Below are positions 25,454 to 34,931 of a stretch of 64,000 bases of DNA, in pieces (the first letter of the stretch is position 1; each line of letters opens with the position of its first letter). The notes below the pieces were generated by a model, which was not told the DNA's origin, ran no database searches, and saw only the letters and a program-made list of their open reading frames with translations. Origin of the DNA: Candidatus Cloacimonadota bacterium (lineage in GTDB: Bacteria; Cloacimonadota; Cloacimonadia; Cloacimonadales; JAIOQZ01); assembly GCA_021108395.1 (NCBI GenBank), contig JAIOQZ010000032.1, positions 202,434 to 266,433 of the forward strand, written 5' to 3'. The translations under genes and the position numbers were made by a program.

Positions 25454-26656
25454 ATGGGCGTCATAATAAAGAAATTCGGCGGCTCCTCTGTGGCCGACAT
25501 TGACGGCATCCGCCGCGTAGCGGCGAGAATCGCCGAGGACAGACGCACCCAGCCCGACATCGTGGTGGTGGTGAGCGCCATGGGGCAGACCACCGACGAG
25601 CTGTTCGCCATGGCCTATGGCATCTCGCGCTTTCCGTCTCAGCGGGAGCTCGATATGCTGCTCACCGCCGGTGAACGCATCTCGATGAGCCTGCTGTCGC
25701 TGGCGCTGCATGAGCACGGCATCGATTCTATCTCGTTCACCGGCTCACAGAGCGGCATCATCACCGATGCGCGCCACGGCAACGCCCGGATACTGCGTGT
25801 TTCGGCCTTTCGCCTCCGCGAGGAACTGGCCAGGGGTAAGGTGGTCATCGTTGCCGGGTTTCAGGGTGTGAGCACCACCAAAGAGGTGACGACTCTCGGT
25901 CGCGGCGGCTCTGATACCACTGCGGTGGCGCTGGCTTGCTATCTCGATGCCGAACGCTGCGAAATTTGCAAGGACGTGGATGGTGTCTATACCGCCGACC
26001 CGCGATTTGTGCCTGCGGCCAGGCGACTGGACAGCGTCACATACGAGCAGATGCTAACGCTTTCGTGCACCGGCGCCGGTGTGTTGCACTCGAGGGCGGT
26101 CGAGTTCGCCGACCACTATCGTCGGCCCATCGAGATTACTTCATCGCGGCAGCGCACACGCGGTACCAGGATTGTTCCTGGAGAAGCCGCCATCGCCAGG
26201 CCGCTCCCACAGGGAGACGACATGGAAGCGAGACGCATACTCGCCTTGACCAGCAAGAAGAATCTGGTGTGTTACACCTGCTCCGGTGAAGAGTCGGCAG
26301 GCTTCTGGGACGATCTCAATCGCGATGAGCTGGATATTTTCTGGTATGAATTCAGCGGAAGCGGCGTTATATTGTATATCGACAATGCGTTCAGCGAGTG
26401 CCTCGAACGTGTGCTCGCAAAACACGACATGACATATGAGTGCATCAGGGAGCTTGCGGCCATTACGCTTGTGGGCCACAACATCTGGAACGATTTTTCT
26501 CTGGTGGGCGAGGTCAGAGAGTTGCTTCGCAATTGCAGCGTCGCCAGAGTGACGCACGGCACTATGCACATAACTTTCTTCTTCGCAGAGACATATGAGG
26601 CAGAAGCGCTATGCTTGCTACACGAGAAGTTCATAGAAACAAACGACAGTGATTAG
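25454..26656 (+). CDS. lysC: Aspartate kinase (monofunctional, ACT-domain C-terminus)
   Basis: [71 protein letters not shown]. Confidence 0.9.
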   Translation: MGVIIKKFGGSSVADIDGIRRVAARIAEDRRTQPDIVVVVSAMGQTTDELFAMAYGISRFPSQRELDMLLTAGERISMSLLSLALHEHGIDSISFTGSQSGIITDARHGNARILRVSAFRLREELARGKVVIVAGFQGVSTTKEVTTLGRGGSDTTAVALACYLDAERCEICKDVDGVYTADPRFVPAARRLDSVTYEQMLTLSCTGAGVLHSRAVEFADHYRRPIEITSSRQRTRGTRIVPGEAAIARPLPQGDDMEARRILALTSKKNLVCYTCSGEESAGFWDDLNRDELDIFWYEFSGSGVILYIDNAFSECLERVLAKHDMTYECIRELAAITLVGHNIWNDFSLVGEVRELLRNCSVARVTHGTMHITFFFAETYEAEALCLLHEKFIETNDSD

Positions 26657-26669
26657 AATGGTGAACACT

Positions 26670-27041
26670 ATGGCCAACAAGAAAACGATCATGCTGGTTG
26701 ACGACGACTCGACATTGCTGGGCCTTGCTGTCGAGATGCTCGGTTTCTTCGACATCTTTGTTCATGGCGCAGAAACCCTGGAAGAGGCCTGCGAAATCTA
26801 TTCACAGAACCGCGAAGCGATAGCGCTTGTAATAACAGACATGAATCTGGAGAATGCCAGCGGTATCGATGTGTTTGAAGCGTTGAGAGACATCGATGAC
26901 GACTTCATCTCTGTGCTCGCCTCTGGCATGATCACCGACATGGATATAAAGAGTTACAAAGAAAAGGGTTTCGACGAAGTCATTAAAAAGCCATACAGCT
27001 TTCAGTCGTTGCAGGAGATGATTAACCGGTATCTCGCCTGA
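26670..27041 (+). CDS. Single-domain response regulator (receiver only)
   Basis: TIMLVDDD..LVITDMNLENASG..VIKKP. The start is uncertain: GTG 26649, ATG 26658 and ATG 26670 are all in frame. Confidence 0.8.
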   Translation: MANKKTIMLVDDDSTLLGLAVEMLGFFDIFVHGAETLEEACEIYSQNREAIALVITDMNLENASGIDVFEALRDIDDDFISVLASGMITDMDIKSYKEKGFDEVIKKPYSFQSLQEMINRYLA

Positions 27042-27084
27042 TATCGAATCCCGTAGAGACTCAAGATTTCAGCAAGGAGACATC

Positions 27085-29199
27085 GTGGAGAAATACCTGG
27101 TTACAAGCGCTCTGCCATATGCAAACGGACGGCTGCATATTGGTCATGTGGCAGGCGCCTATCTACCGGCAGACATCTTCGTCCGCTTCCAGAAACTCAT
27201 CGGCAACGAGGCGTTATACATCTGCGGCACAGACGAGCACGGCACTCCCGTGGCGCTCAAGGCCGAGGCCGAAGGCACCACGCCGCAGGCAATCGTTCAG
27301 CGTTATCACGACAGCATCAAGGCCAGCTTCGAGGGCCTGAACTTCTGTTTCGACAACTTCTCCGGCACATCCAGGCCGCAGCACCGCGAGCTCTCTCAGA
27401 AGTTTTTTCTCAACCTGTACGAACGCGGCTACATCACGCAGCACACCATCAAACAGCATTTCTGCCCCGTCGAAAATATCTTTCTCGCCGATCGCTACGT
27501 TGAAGGCGTGTGCCCTCACTGTGGCGCCGCTGGAGCTCGCGGAGACCAATGCGATGCCTGTGGCAAGCTCATCGACGCCATCACGCTGGCCAACCCTGCC
27601 TGCAAGCTTTGTGGCGCAGCGCCCGAGGTGCGGGAAACCACCCACTGGTACATCGATCTTCCGAAGTTCGAGCCTGACCTGCGCGCCTGGCTCGAGACCA
27701 AGAGCGCGTGGAAGGACAACGTGCTCAACTTCATCCTCAGCTGGCTTGACCAGGGGCTGAAAGAGCGCTCGATCACCCGCGATATCTCGTGGGGCGTGCC
27801 CGTTCCGCTGCCGGACGCCGAGGGCAAAGTGCTCTATGTCTGGTTCGACGCTCCCATCGGCTACATCAGCAGCACAATCGAATGGGCCGAGCAGCGTGGC
27901 GAGCCGGATAGCTGGAAGGATTACTGGCTCGATCCGCAAACGAAGCTGGTGCACTTCATCGGCAAAGACAACATTCCCTTTCACACCATCATCTGGCCGG
28001 CCGTGCTCATGAAGCAGGACGACGACTATATTTTGCCCCACGATGTGCCGGCCAACGAGTATCTCAACCTCGAGGGCCAGAAGATTTCCACCAGCCGCGA
28101 CTGGGCTATCTGGGTCGAGGAATACCTGAAGTATTTCGATGGCGACCTGTTGCGCTATGTGCTCGCGGTCAACGCCCCCGAAACCCGCGACAGCGACTTC
28201 TCCTGGAGTGACTTTCAGGCGAGGGTCAACAGCGAACTGGCCAATGTGCTGGGCAACCTGGCCAACCGCGTATTCGCGTTCGCCGCCAAGTTTTTCGACA
28301 GCGGCATCTCGCGTCCCGACCAGCTCGACGCCGAGGCGCAGACCACCCTCGATACGGCCACGGCCATCTGTAACGAGGTGCGTCTTAGCTATCAGGGCTA
28401 TCGGGTGAGACGCGCCGTTGGACTGATCATGGACATCGCCCGCCTGGGCAACAAGTACTTCGATGAGACAGCTCCCTGGAAGAGCGTGAAGACCGAGCCG
28501 GAGCTGGCCGGCCAGACGCTATATGTTTGCGCCGAGCTTCTGCGTATCATCAGCATTGTGTTCAATCCCGTGCTGCCGCATAAGATGCAGGTGCTTCGCA
28601 ATATGCTCTCGATGGTGTCTGCTGTCTCCTGGGAGCGCATTCACGAACCCTGTACACACTATCAGATACAGGATGTCGAGCCGCTGTTTCCCAAGATAGA
28701 CGACGCGGCCATCGAAGAGCAGACCCGCCTGCTGATCGAGCAGTCAAAGGTGGCGGTCGAGCGCCGGAAGGCAGCGGAAGAGGCTGTTCGCGAGAAGGCT
28801 GCCGCGCAGGCTTGCAAGGATGAGCTTGCCGCACAGGCTCACAAGGACGAATCTGCCGAGCAGACGCAGTTCAAGGCCGAGATTGAATACGATGATTTCG
28901 CTCGGCTGGATTTGCGGGTGGTCGAAGTGCTCACGGCAGAGCGGGTGCAAAAATCTAAGAAGCTGCTTCGCCTCGAGGTGAAGTGCGGCGCCGAGCAACG
29001 CCAGGTGGTGGCAGGGCTGGCAAAGCACTATACACCCGAGCAGCTCATTGGCCGCAAGGTATTGATGCTGGCCAATCTCAAGCCCCGCAAGCTCATGGGC
29101 CTCGAATCGCAAGGCATGATTCTGGCGGCGGAAGACGACAGCGGCCTGGCCGTGCTGTTGCCGGAGCGCGATGTGCCCGACGGCAGCTCGGTGGAATGA
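27085..29199 (+). CDS. metG: Methionine--tRNA ligase with a C-terminal tRNA-binding (Trbp111/EMAP-like) domain
   Basis: ALPYANGRLHIGH (HIGH), zinc knuckles CPHCG..CDACG and CKLCG, KISTSRD (KMSKS variant), and a C-terminal LDLRVVEVL..VVAGL..LANLKPRKLMG OB-fold. An Ala/Lys/Glu-rich linker separates body and OB-fold. Confidence 0.95.
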   Translation: MEKYLVTSALPYANGRLHIGHVAGAYLPADIFVRFQKLIGNEALYICGTDEHGTPVALKAEAEGTTPQAIVQRYHDSIKASFEGLNFCFDNFSGTSRPQHRELSQKFFLNLYERGYITQHTIKQHFCPVENIFLADRYVEGVCPHCGAAGARGDQCDACGKLIDAITLANPACKLCGAAPEVRETTHWYIDLPKFEPDLRAWLETKSAWKDNVLNFILSWLDQGLKERSITRDISWGVPVPLPDAEGKVLYVWFDAPIGYISSTIEWAEQRGEPDSWKDYWLDPQTKLVHFIGKDNIPFHTIIWPAVLMKQDDDYILPHDVPANEYLNLEGQKISTSRDWAIWVEEYLKYFDGDLLRYVLAVNAPETRDSDFSWSDFQARVNSELANVLGNLANRVFAFAAKFFDSGISRPDQLDAEAQTTLDTATAICNEVRLSYQGYRVRRAVGLIMDIARLGNKYFDETAPWKSVKTEPELAGQTLYVCAELLRIISIVFNPVLPHKMQVLRNMLSMVSAVSWERIHEPCTHYQIQDVEPLFPKIDDAAIEEQTRLLIEQSKVAVERRKAAEEAVREKAAAQACKDELAAQAHKDESAEQTQFKAEIEYDDFARLDLRVVEVLTAERVQKSKKLLRLEVKCGAEQRQVVAGLAKHYTPEQLIGRKVLMLANLKPRKLMGLESQGMILAAEDDSGLAVLLPERDVPDGSSVE

Positions 29200-29273
29200 G
29201 GTTATTGCTCGACAGCGAGTAGAATACACAGCGATGCGTCCGTTACGGTACTGACGTTATCAGGAGCGACTGC

Positions 29274-29567
29274 ATGAAACATGTGCTTGAATTGACCGAA
29301 TTCGAGATCCGCGCCATCCTGGGGATTGTTTATCCGGCGTGGGATGATGATAATTATGAAGTGATGAAAGAGAAACACACCGCAGATACGCGCACCATCA
29401 TTTTTCGGAGTCTGTTGACCAAGGCCAGCCGCAGGAAATACGATGTCATTATGCATTTCAACCACGACATTGATATTTGGGAAACCTACATCTCCACCGG
29501 TTCTCGCGGTAAGATCGAAATACGTAACGTGGCGGCCTACATTCAATTCCTGATGACGCTGGAATAA
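29274..29567 (+). CDS. Hypothetical protein (97 aa, cytoplasmic)
   Basis: ORF only. No signal peptide or recognisable motif. It is followed by a good terminator. Confidence 0.45.
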   Translation: MKHVLELTEFEIRAILGIVYPAWDDDNYEVMKEKHTADTRTIIFRSLLTKASRRKYDVIMHFNHDIDIWETYISTGSRGKIEIRNVAAYIQFLMTLE

Positions 29568-29613
29568 ACAAACGCCGCAGGGCGCCAGGCTGTTGGTTTT
29601 GCCAGAAATATGT

Positions 29614-29640
29614 AGAGGAGAGCGCTGCTCTCCTCTTTTC
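29614..29640 (+). terminator. Intrinsic terminator
   Basis: agaggagagc gct gctctcctct followed by tttcgtt. Confidence 0.75.
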
Positions 29641-29724
29641 GTTATTAAGAATTTGTCGAATCAGGATTTTACAGGTTTCCCAATACTGTCAATCCCTCAT
29701 CTTGAAAATCCTGATGCTGAAATA

Positions 29725-30123
29725 TCAGCGAATCGCCTGGAAGCTGTAGCCCCTCGCCGCCGGCTCGTGCCCCTGTCTGTCGGGGTCTGGCTGTAGCCAG
29801 GCGGGACAGGTCTCGCCTGCTTCGAGCAGGGGGATGGGGCGCGGCCCCATCACAACGCGCTTGGGGTGGTCGTGGATGTAGCGGATGTGCAGCACATCGC
29901 CCAGCGCCCTCGCCGAAGAACAGCGATAGATGGTGGTGACCCGTACGGTGGCGTCCACCGCCGTCTGCTCGGGCCCCAGCGACTCGATCTGCACACTCAA
30001 CACCTCGATGCCGTAGTGGTCGGGCGCCTGCTGCTGACGGTCACGGTAGAATTGCGGAGACAGTTCTGCTGTGAGGCAACCACTGAGCAGCAATGCGATA
30101 ACGGCCAGTAGAGCGTGTCTCAT
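29725..30123 (-). CDS. Hypothetical lipoprotein
   Basis: MRHALLAVIALLLSGC lipobox. Weak similarity to the upstream 161-aa protein (VLHIRYIHD..PLLEAGETCPAWL vs ITIKYDRYN..TLVERGQEYQAYL). Confidence 0.6.
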   Translation of the reverse strand: MRHALLAVIALLLSGCLTAELSPQFYRDRQQQAPDHYGIEVLSVQIESLGPEQTAVDATVRVTTIYRCSSARALGDVLHIRYIHDHPKRVVMGPRPIPLLEAGETCPAWLQPDPDRQGHEPAARGYSFQAIR

Positions 30124-30608
30124 TATTCCAGCACTGCCTCGATTTTAGCGATGCGCTCTCTGATGCGTTCAACGCCCCGCTGCACTTCCGCCAGCTCCAG
30201 GTCGAGCGTCTCAGTGTAGCTGGTAAAACTGGCGTTTCCCGCGATGGGCACATAGAAGCTATAGCGATATGTGGCGAGATATGCCTGGTATTCCTGCCCT
30301 CGTTCGACCAGTGTGATAGGCGTTGATCCGGTCCAGCCGTCTGGAGGATTGTACCGATCGTATTTGATAGTGATTCTGTCGCCAACCTCGAGGTTGGTCT
30401 GCGTCTTGCGCACTTCTATTACCTCGGCCCTGACTTCGATATCGCAACGCGTTCCCGTTTCGCAACCATTGTCATCCGCAGATATGACTCGGATGATAAG
30501 TTGCTCGGGAGCGAATATCTGGTCGGCCAGCTTGCCCATCATCTCCTGCGCCGATAAAGCGCCGACAATGATGATCAGGACAAACAGCAGCATCCCCTTC
30601 TTGCCCAT
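30123..30608 (-). CDS. Hypothetical exported protein with a C-terminal coiled-coil
   Basis: Signal/anchor MLLFVLIIIVGALSA and C-terminal ELAEVQRGVERIRERIAKIEAVLE. Its stop overlaps the next gene's start. Confidence 0.6.
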   Translation of the reverse strand: MGKKGMLLFVLIIIVGALSAQEMMGKLADQIFAPEQLIIRVISADDNGCETGTRCDIEVRAEVIEVRKTQTNLEVGDRITIKYDRYNPPDGWTGSTPITLVERGQEYQAYLATYRYSFYVPIAGNASFTSYTETLDLELAEVQRGVERIRERIAKIEAVLE

Positions 30609-30637
30609 GAAAGCCTCCTATACTATTTCAGTGTTGT

Positions 30638-31021
30638 TTATTGTCGAATCAATTTCCAGTCGGTGTCGATGGCGGTGACGAAAAGCAGTGTGTCGCCTGC
30701 AATGAAGCGGTAGTCCACCGTTTCGATGTCACCCTCATCGTCCGGTACGAACGAAAGAGTCTGTGGTGTGAAGCTGTATGATCCGATGATGTGGCCGGTG
30801 TGCAGAGAATCGCCAGTGTCTGGATGCAGGGTGATGGTGGAAGAGGTATAGCGCAGGTGTTCATCAAAGGTTATTCGGTTGATGTAGTTCCCCCGCTTCT
30901 CGAACTGCCACACTCCCGTGAAGGGATTTTCGGGCACAGTTTGCCCGATGGCGCAAGCAGACAGCGCAATGACCAACGCTATGGCCGATACAACGAGTTG
31001 CAGCTTTCGTGTACGTTCCAT
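30638..31021 (-). CDS. Hypothetical lipoprotein (small beta-rich, lipocalin-like by pattern)
   Basis: LVVSAIALVIALSAC lipobox. FTGVWQFEKRGN..YSFTPQTLSFV..DTLLFV has an alternating beta pattern. Confidence 0.55.
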   Translation of the reverse strand: MERTRKLQLVVSAIALVIALSACAIGQTVPENPFTGVWQFEKRGNYINRITFDEHLRYTSSTITLHPDTGDSLHTGHIIGSYSFTPQTLSFVPDDEGDIETVDYRFIAGDTLLFVTAIDTDWKLIRQ

Positions 31022-31062
31022 TTGTGATAAATTAGCGAAAAACCGGCTGTGCGCAAGCCAAA

Positions 31063-31941
31063 TCAGAGCTTGCGGACATCATAGCCGCCGTCACTCAGCA
31101 GACGGACAACGCCGCGGTCGCCCACGAGGTGCCCGGCGCCGACGATAACAAACCAGGTTTCTCCGCTCTCCAGATACTTCGCTATTTTGGCAGTCATTTC
31201 ATCATTTCGTTGATAGATGAGCGTTTCGTACAGCTCGCTCATCTCCGGGTCGTTCGATTCCTCGAGAATCAGCGCCTCCAGCTTGGCTTCGTCGCCGTCC
31301 TGCCAGGCAGTGGCCATCGTCTCGAGCATCCGTAGCGCCTCGGTCTGGTTGTCGAGTATATCGAGCAGAAATTTCTCTTGCATCTCATCGTCAAAATCGT
31401 TGAATAGATTGATCTGATACTCGAGGCCCTCGATCTCGACAATTTGTGTGCTGTCTCTGGTGGCGCGTTCGAGGAAGTGCATGTCGATGCCGAGGTTGGC
31501 GTCGAAGCCGAGCTTCTGCATTTCAAGGCTAATGATGGTCATGCCGACCATCCACGGTTTCATGCCGGCCATCATCTCTGCGTTCAGGCCGTATTGGCGC
31601 AAGCGTTTGTCCGCTCTGGCGATGGTCTCCTCCGACAGATGGTCGGACAGCGTCTCATCGCCCTGATACATGGCCATCATGGCTATCTTGCCGGCCAGTT
31701 CCATCTGTTTGGCTTCGCTCACGTCCGCCTCGACAACGAGGTAGTCGGCGGTGGCGTAGGCGTCTGTGATGACCTGCGGCAAGGGATAAAAATCCTCGAT
31801 GCCGGCGTGCAGCGACCCCAGCAGATATACGCTACTGGATTCAGTTTCGACCAGCCAGAAGAGCTGTCCAGCGCCCAACGGCGCCAGCAGCGTGAGAATG
31901 CCGAAGAAAAGATAGAACCGTTTGTGCATATTATGCTCCAT
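31063..31941 (-). CDS. TraB/GumN-family protein
   Basis: LFWLVETESSSVYLLGSLHAG..VVEAD and the C-terminal WFVIVGAGHLVGDRGVVRLL. Confidence 0.8.
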   Translation of the reverse strand: MEHNMHKRFYLFFGILTLLAPLGAGQLFWLVETESSSVYLLGSLHAGIEDFYPLPQVITDAYATADYLVVEADVSEAKQMELAGKIAMMAMYQGDETLSDHLSEETIARADKRLRQYGLNAEMMAGMKPWMVGMTIISLEMQKLGFDANLGIDMHFLERATRDSTQIVEIEGLEYQINLFNDFDDEMQEKFLLDILDNQTEALRMLETMATAWQDGDEAKLEALILEESNDPEMSELYETLIYQRNDEMTAKIAKYLESGETWFVIVGAGHLVGDRGVVRLLSDGGYDVRKL

Positions 31942-32159
31942 TTTTTAGTATTCTAATTCAATGATACCATGCAATAACGTCAACTTATTTCTTGTCTGGG
32001 AGGGGTAATCTCACAGATGTACATAATCAATCGGCAAGGTCTCTGTCGATTCAGGGTATAGACGAATCGCAGACTCGCATCATTTCAATGAGTTACAGTA
32101 AAATAATTTGACACCGATTGCAGAATTGTACACATTTAGCATGATTCCAATTCACCCGT

Positions 32160-34871
32160 ATGGCAAACCACTTCGGAGGATGTATGTCGCTGTCGGTTGC
32201 CCCTCGATTGTCGGTGTCCCACATATTCCTGTCAGTTCTGTTGTTGTTTTTTCTTGTTCCAGCTCTCAGCGCACATGAAGGGCATTCGGATGTCCTGGTG
32301 CTGCATGCATATCACCAGGGCTACGACTGGACCGATTCTATCCACAGAGGGATAGTATCTGCGCTGGAAGAGGACAATATTGAACTCTTTGTCGAGCACA
32401 TGGACACCAAACGACACTATTGTGACGAATACTACGACTTTCTTGAAACCCTCTATTTTTGCCGGTACGTGGAGAGCGGTATTCACTTCGACGCCATCGT
32501 CTGCTCCGACGACAACGCGCTCAATTTCCTTCTCGACCGGCGCGACAGGCTGTTCCCGGGTGTGCCCATCGTGTTCTGTGGCATCAATCGGTTTACGCCC
32601 GAGCGCATTGCCGGCCACGAGGGCATCACCGGCGTCAACGAAGACATCAGCATGCGCGCCACCATAGACCTTGCCCTGCGTTTGCGCCCCAATGCCCGGC
32701 GACTCGGCGTCATCACCGATGACGTAGTGACAGGCCGTCTGCACCGGAAATCGGCTGAACAAGCCGTGCCCTTCTTCGAGGACAGAGTGGAGTTCGTTTG
32801 GCTTACCAACATGGAACCAGAGGATATCAAAACGGCGGTGGCCACTTTCAACGAGCAGGACATTATTCTATTCCTCAGTTATTTCGTCTCGCCGTCAGGC
32901 GATGCATACCCCATTACAGAAATTGCGCAGATGGTCAGCGAGGCATCGCCTGCGCCAGTGTTCAGCCTTTGGGATTTCATGATGGGTTCCGGTACGCTGG
33001 GGGGCGAGATGCTTTCTGGTGAGGAGCAGGGCGCTACGGCTGGCCGGCTGGCCCATCGCGTCCTGAGCGGTGAAGATGTGTCCACCATCGACCCCGTGCT
33101 GGAAAGCCCCAATATGTTTATGTTCGATTATAGGTTGCTCCAGCGCTTCGGCATCACGCAGTCAGAATTGCCAGAGGACTCGGTCATCATGTTCGAGCCA
33201 CCACAATCCATGTGGCAGAAGTACAAGCTCTGGATAATCTTTGCTCTGTCCTTCATTTTACTTGAGGCCTTGCTCATCCTAAGGCTCATCATCGGTCGTC
33301 ATCGGCGCATTCAGCTCGAACACAGCCTGCGCGCCAGTGAAGAATACAACCGCGTTCTGTTCGAGAACATCCGTGACGCCGTTATAGTGGTAAACACAGA
33401 CAGGCTTATCCAGTATGTCAATCCAGCCACCGGAGAGTTGTTCGGTTACGATGTTTCCGCACTCATTGGGCAATCTGCCCGTATGCTGTACAGCAATGAC
33501 TTCGAATATGAAAAAATCGGCAAGGCAATGATATTCAGTGGCGGCGTAACTGCCAGGCTGATAGAAGCGCGCTTTTCCAAGAAATCGGGCTTGGTATTCG
33601 ATGGCGAGGTGCATTTCAGCGAATTGCTCGACGGTGGCGGTGTCAGCGTTGGCTATCTCGGCTCCTTCCGCGACATCAGCGAGCGCAAACGCGCCGAGAA
33701 CCACCGCTTCGAGATGGAGCGGCAGATTCAGCAAACGCAACGGCTGGAGAGCCTGGGCGTGTTGGCCGGTGGTATCGCGCACGATTTCAACAACATCCTC
33801 ATGGCTGTGCTCGGCTATGCCGAGTTGGCTCTCGAACAGATTTCACCGGTGTCCCCAGTGCGTCATAACCTACAGGAAATAACCATTGCAGCTCACCGCG
33901 CCGCCGAGCTGTGTCGCCAGATGCTCGCCTATTCCGGCAAATCGACCTTCATGATGGAGCGTACTAGCCTTGCCGAGCTCATTGAGGAAATCGCGCATCT
34001 GCTGAAGATGAGCATATCGAAGAAAGCCGTGCTCAACATGCATCTCGAACACAACCTGCCAGACATCATGGCCGATGCAAGCCAGATTCGCCAGGTTATC
34101 ATGAACCTCATCATCAACGCCTCAGAGGCAATCGGCGACCGTAGCGGAGTCATCACCATTCATGCTGGCGCCACCCGTTGCGACTACGACTACCTGCGCA
34201 AAACAGAACTGAGCAATGACCTTGTTCCCGGACTCTATATCCACATCGAGGTTATCGATACGGGCTGTGGCATGGACGTTACGACCCAGGCTCGCATCTT
34301 CGAACCCTTCTTCAGCACCAAGTTCACCGGGCGCGGACTGGGACTGGCTGCCGTGATGGGCATCATCCGATCGCATAAGGGCGCCCTCAAGGTGTACAGC
34401 GAGCCAGGTAAAGGTACCACTTTCAAGATACTCTTTGCGGCGCTCGAGACATTGAGCACAGCAAACGACAAGAGGGAGCACGAAATACCGTCCACCTGGC
34501 GCGGCTCTGGCACCATCCTGCTGGCCGACGACGAGGAAAGCCTGCGAGCAATGGGCGCGGAAATCATGGAGAATCTCGGCTTTTCGGTTATCACAGCCTG
34601 TGATGGCCAGGAGGCAGTCGAAGTATTCACTCAGCACAAAGACGATATCGACGTCGCCATGCTCGACCTCACCATGCCGCACCTGGACGGTACCCAGGTA
34701 TTTAGTGAGCTGCGCCGCATAAACCCGGAACTGCCTATCATCATCGCCAGTGGCTATAGTAAGGAAGATATCGCCTCACGCTTCGTTGGCAAGGGTCTCA
34801 CCGGAGTTTTGCAAAAGCCGTTCACCATGAAGTCACTGCGCGATGTATTGCAACAGGCAATGGATCCCTGA
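32160..34871 (+). CDS. Hybrid sensor histidine kinase (periplasmic PBP-like sensor - TM - PAS - HisKA - HATPase_c - receiver)
   Basis: N-terminal ABC-substrate-binding-like domain (VLVLHAYHQGYDWTDS..), PAS, H-box GGIAHDFNNILMAVLGY, GRGLGLAAV, receiver ILLADDEESL..DVAMLDLTMPHLDG..QKP. Confidence 0.9.
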   Translation: MANHFGGCMSLSVAPRLSVSHIFLSVLLLFFLVPALSAHEGHSDVLVLHAYHQGYDWTDSIHRGIVSALEEDNIELFVEHMDTKRHYCDEYYDFLETLYFCRYVESGIHFDAIVCSDDNALNFLLDRRDRLFPGVPIVFCGINRFTPERIAGHEGITGVNEDISMRATIDLALRLRPNARRLGVITDDVVTGRLHRKSAEQAVPFFEDRVEFVWLTNMEPEDIKTAVATFNEQDIILFLSYFVSPSGDAYPITEIAQMVSEASPAPVFSLWDFMMGSGTLGGEMLSGEEQGATAGRLAHRVLSGEDVSTIDPVLESPNMFMFDYRLLQRFGITQSELPEDSVIMFEPPQSMWQKYKLWIIFALSFILLEALLILRLIIGRHRRIQLEHSLRASEEYNRVLFENIRDAVIVVNTDRLIQYVNPATGELFGYDVSALIGQSARMLYSNDFEYEKIGKAMIFSGGVTARLIEARFSKKSGLVFDGEVHFSELLDGGGVSVGYLGSFRDISERKRAENHRFEMERQIQQTQRLESLGVLAGGIAHDFNNILMAVLGYAELALEQISPVSPVRHNLQEITIAAHRAAELCRQMLAYSGKSTFMMERTSLAELIEEIAHLLKMSISKKAVLNMHLEHNLPDIMADASQIRQVIMNLIINASEAIGDRSGVITIHAGATRCDYDYLRKTELSNDLVPGLYIHIEVIDTGCGMDVTTQARIFEPFFSTKFTGRGLGLAAVMGIIRSHKGALKVYSEPGKGTTFKILFAALETLSTANDKREHEIPSTWRGSGTILLADDEESLRAMGAEIMENLGFSVITACDGQEAVEVFTQHKDDIDVAMLDLTMPHLDGTQVFSELRRINPELPIIIASGYSKEDIASRFVGKGLTGVLQKPFTMKSLRDVLQQAMDP

Positions 34872-34891
34872 GAGAACGTAAGCCAATAAAG

Positions 34892-34921
34892 AAGCCCCCG
34901 AATGGTCGGGGGCTTTTCTTT
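34892..34921. terminator. Bidirectional intrinsic terminator between convergent genes
   Basis: aagcccccg aatggt cgggggctt with T-runs on both strands (ttctttg on plus, tttattgg on minus). Confidence 0.75.
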
Positions 34922-34931
34922 GTGCGGAAGC

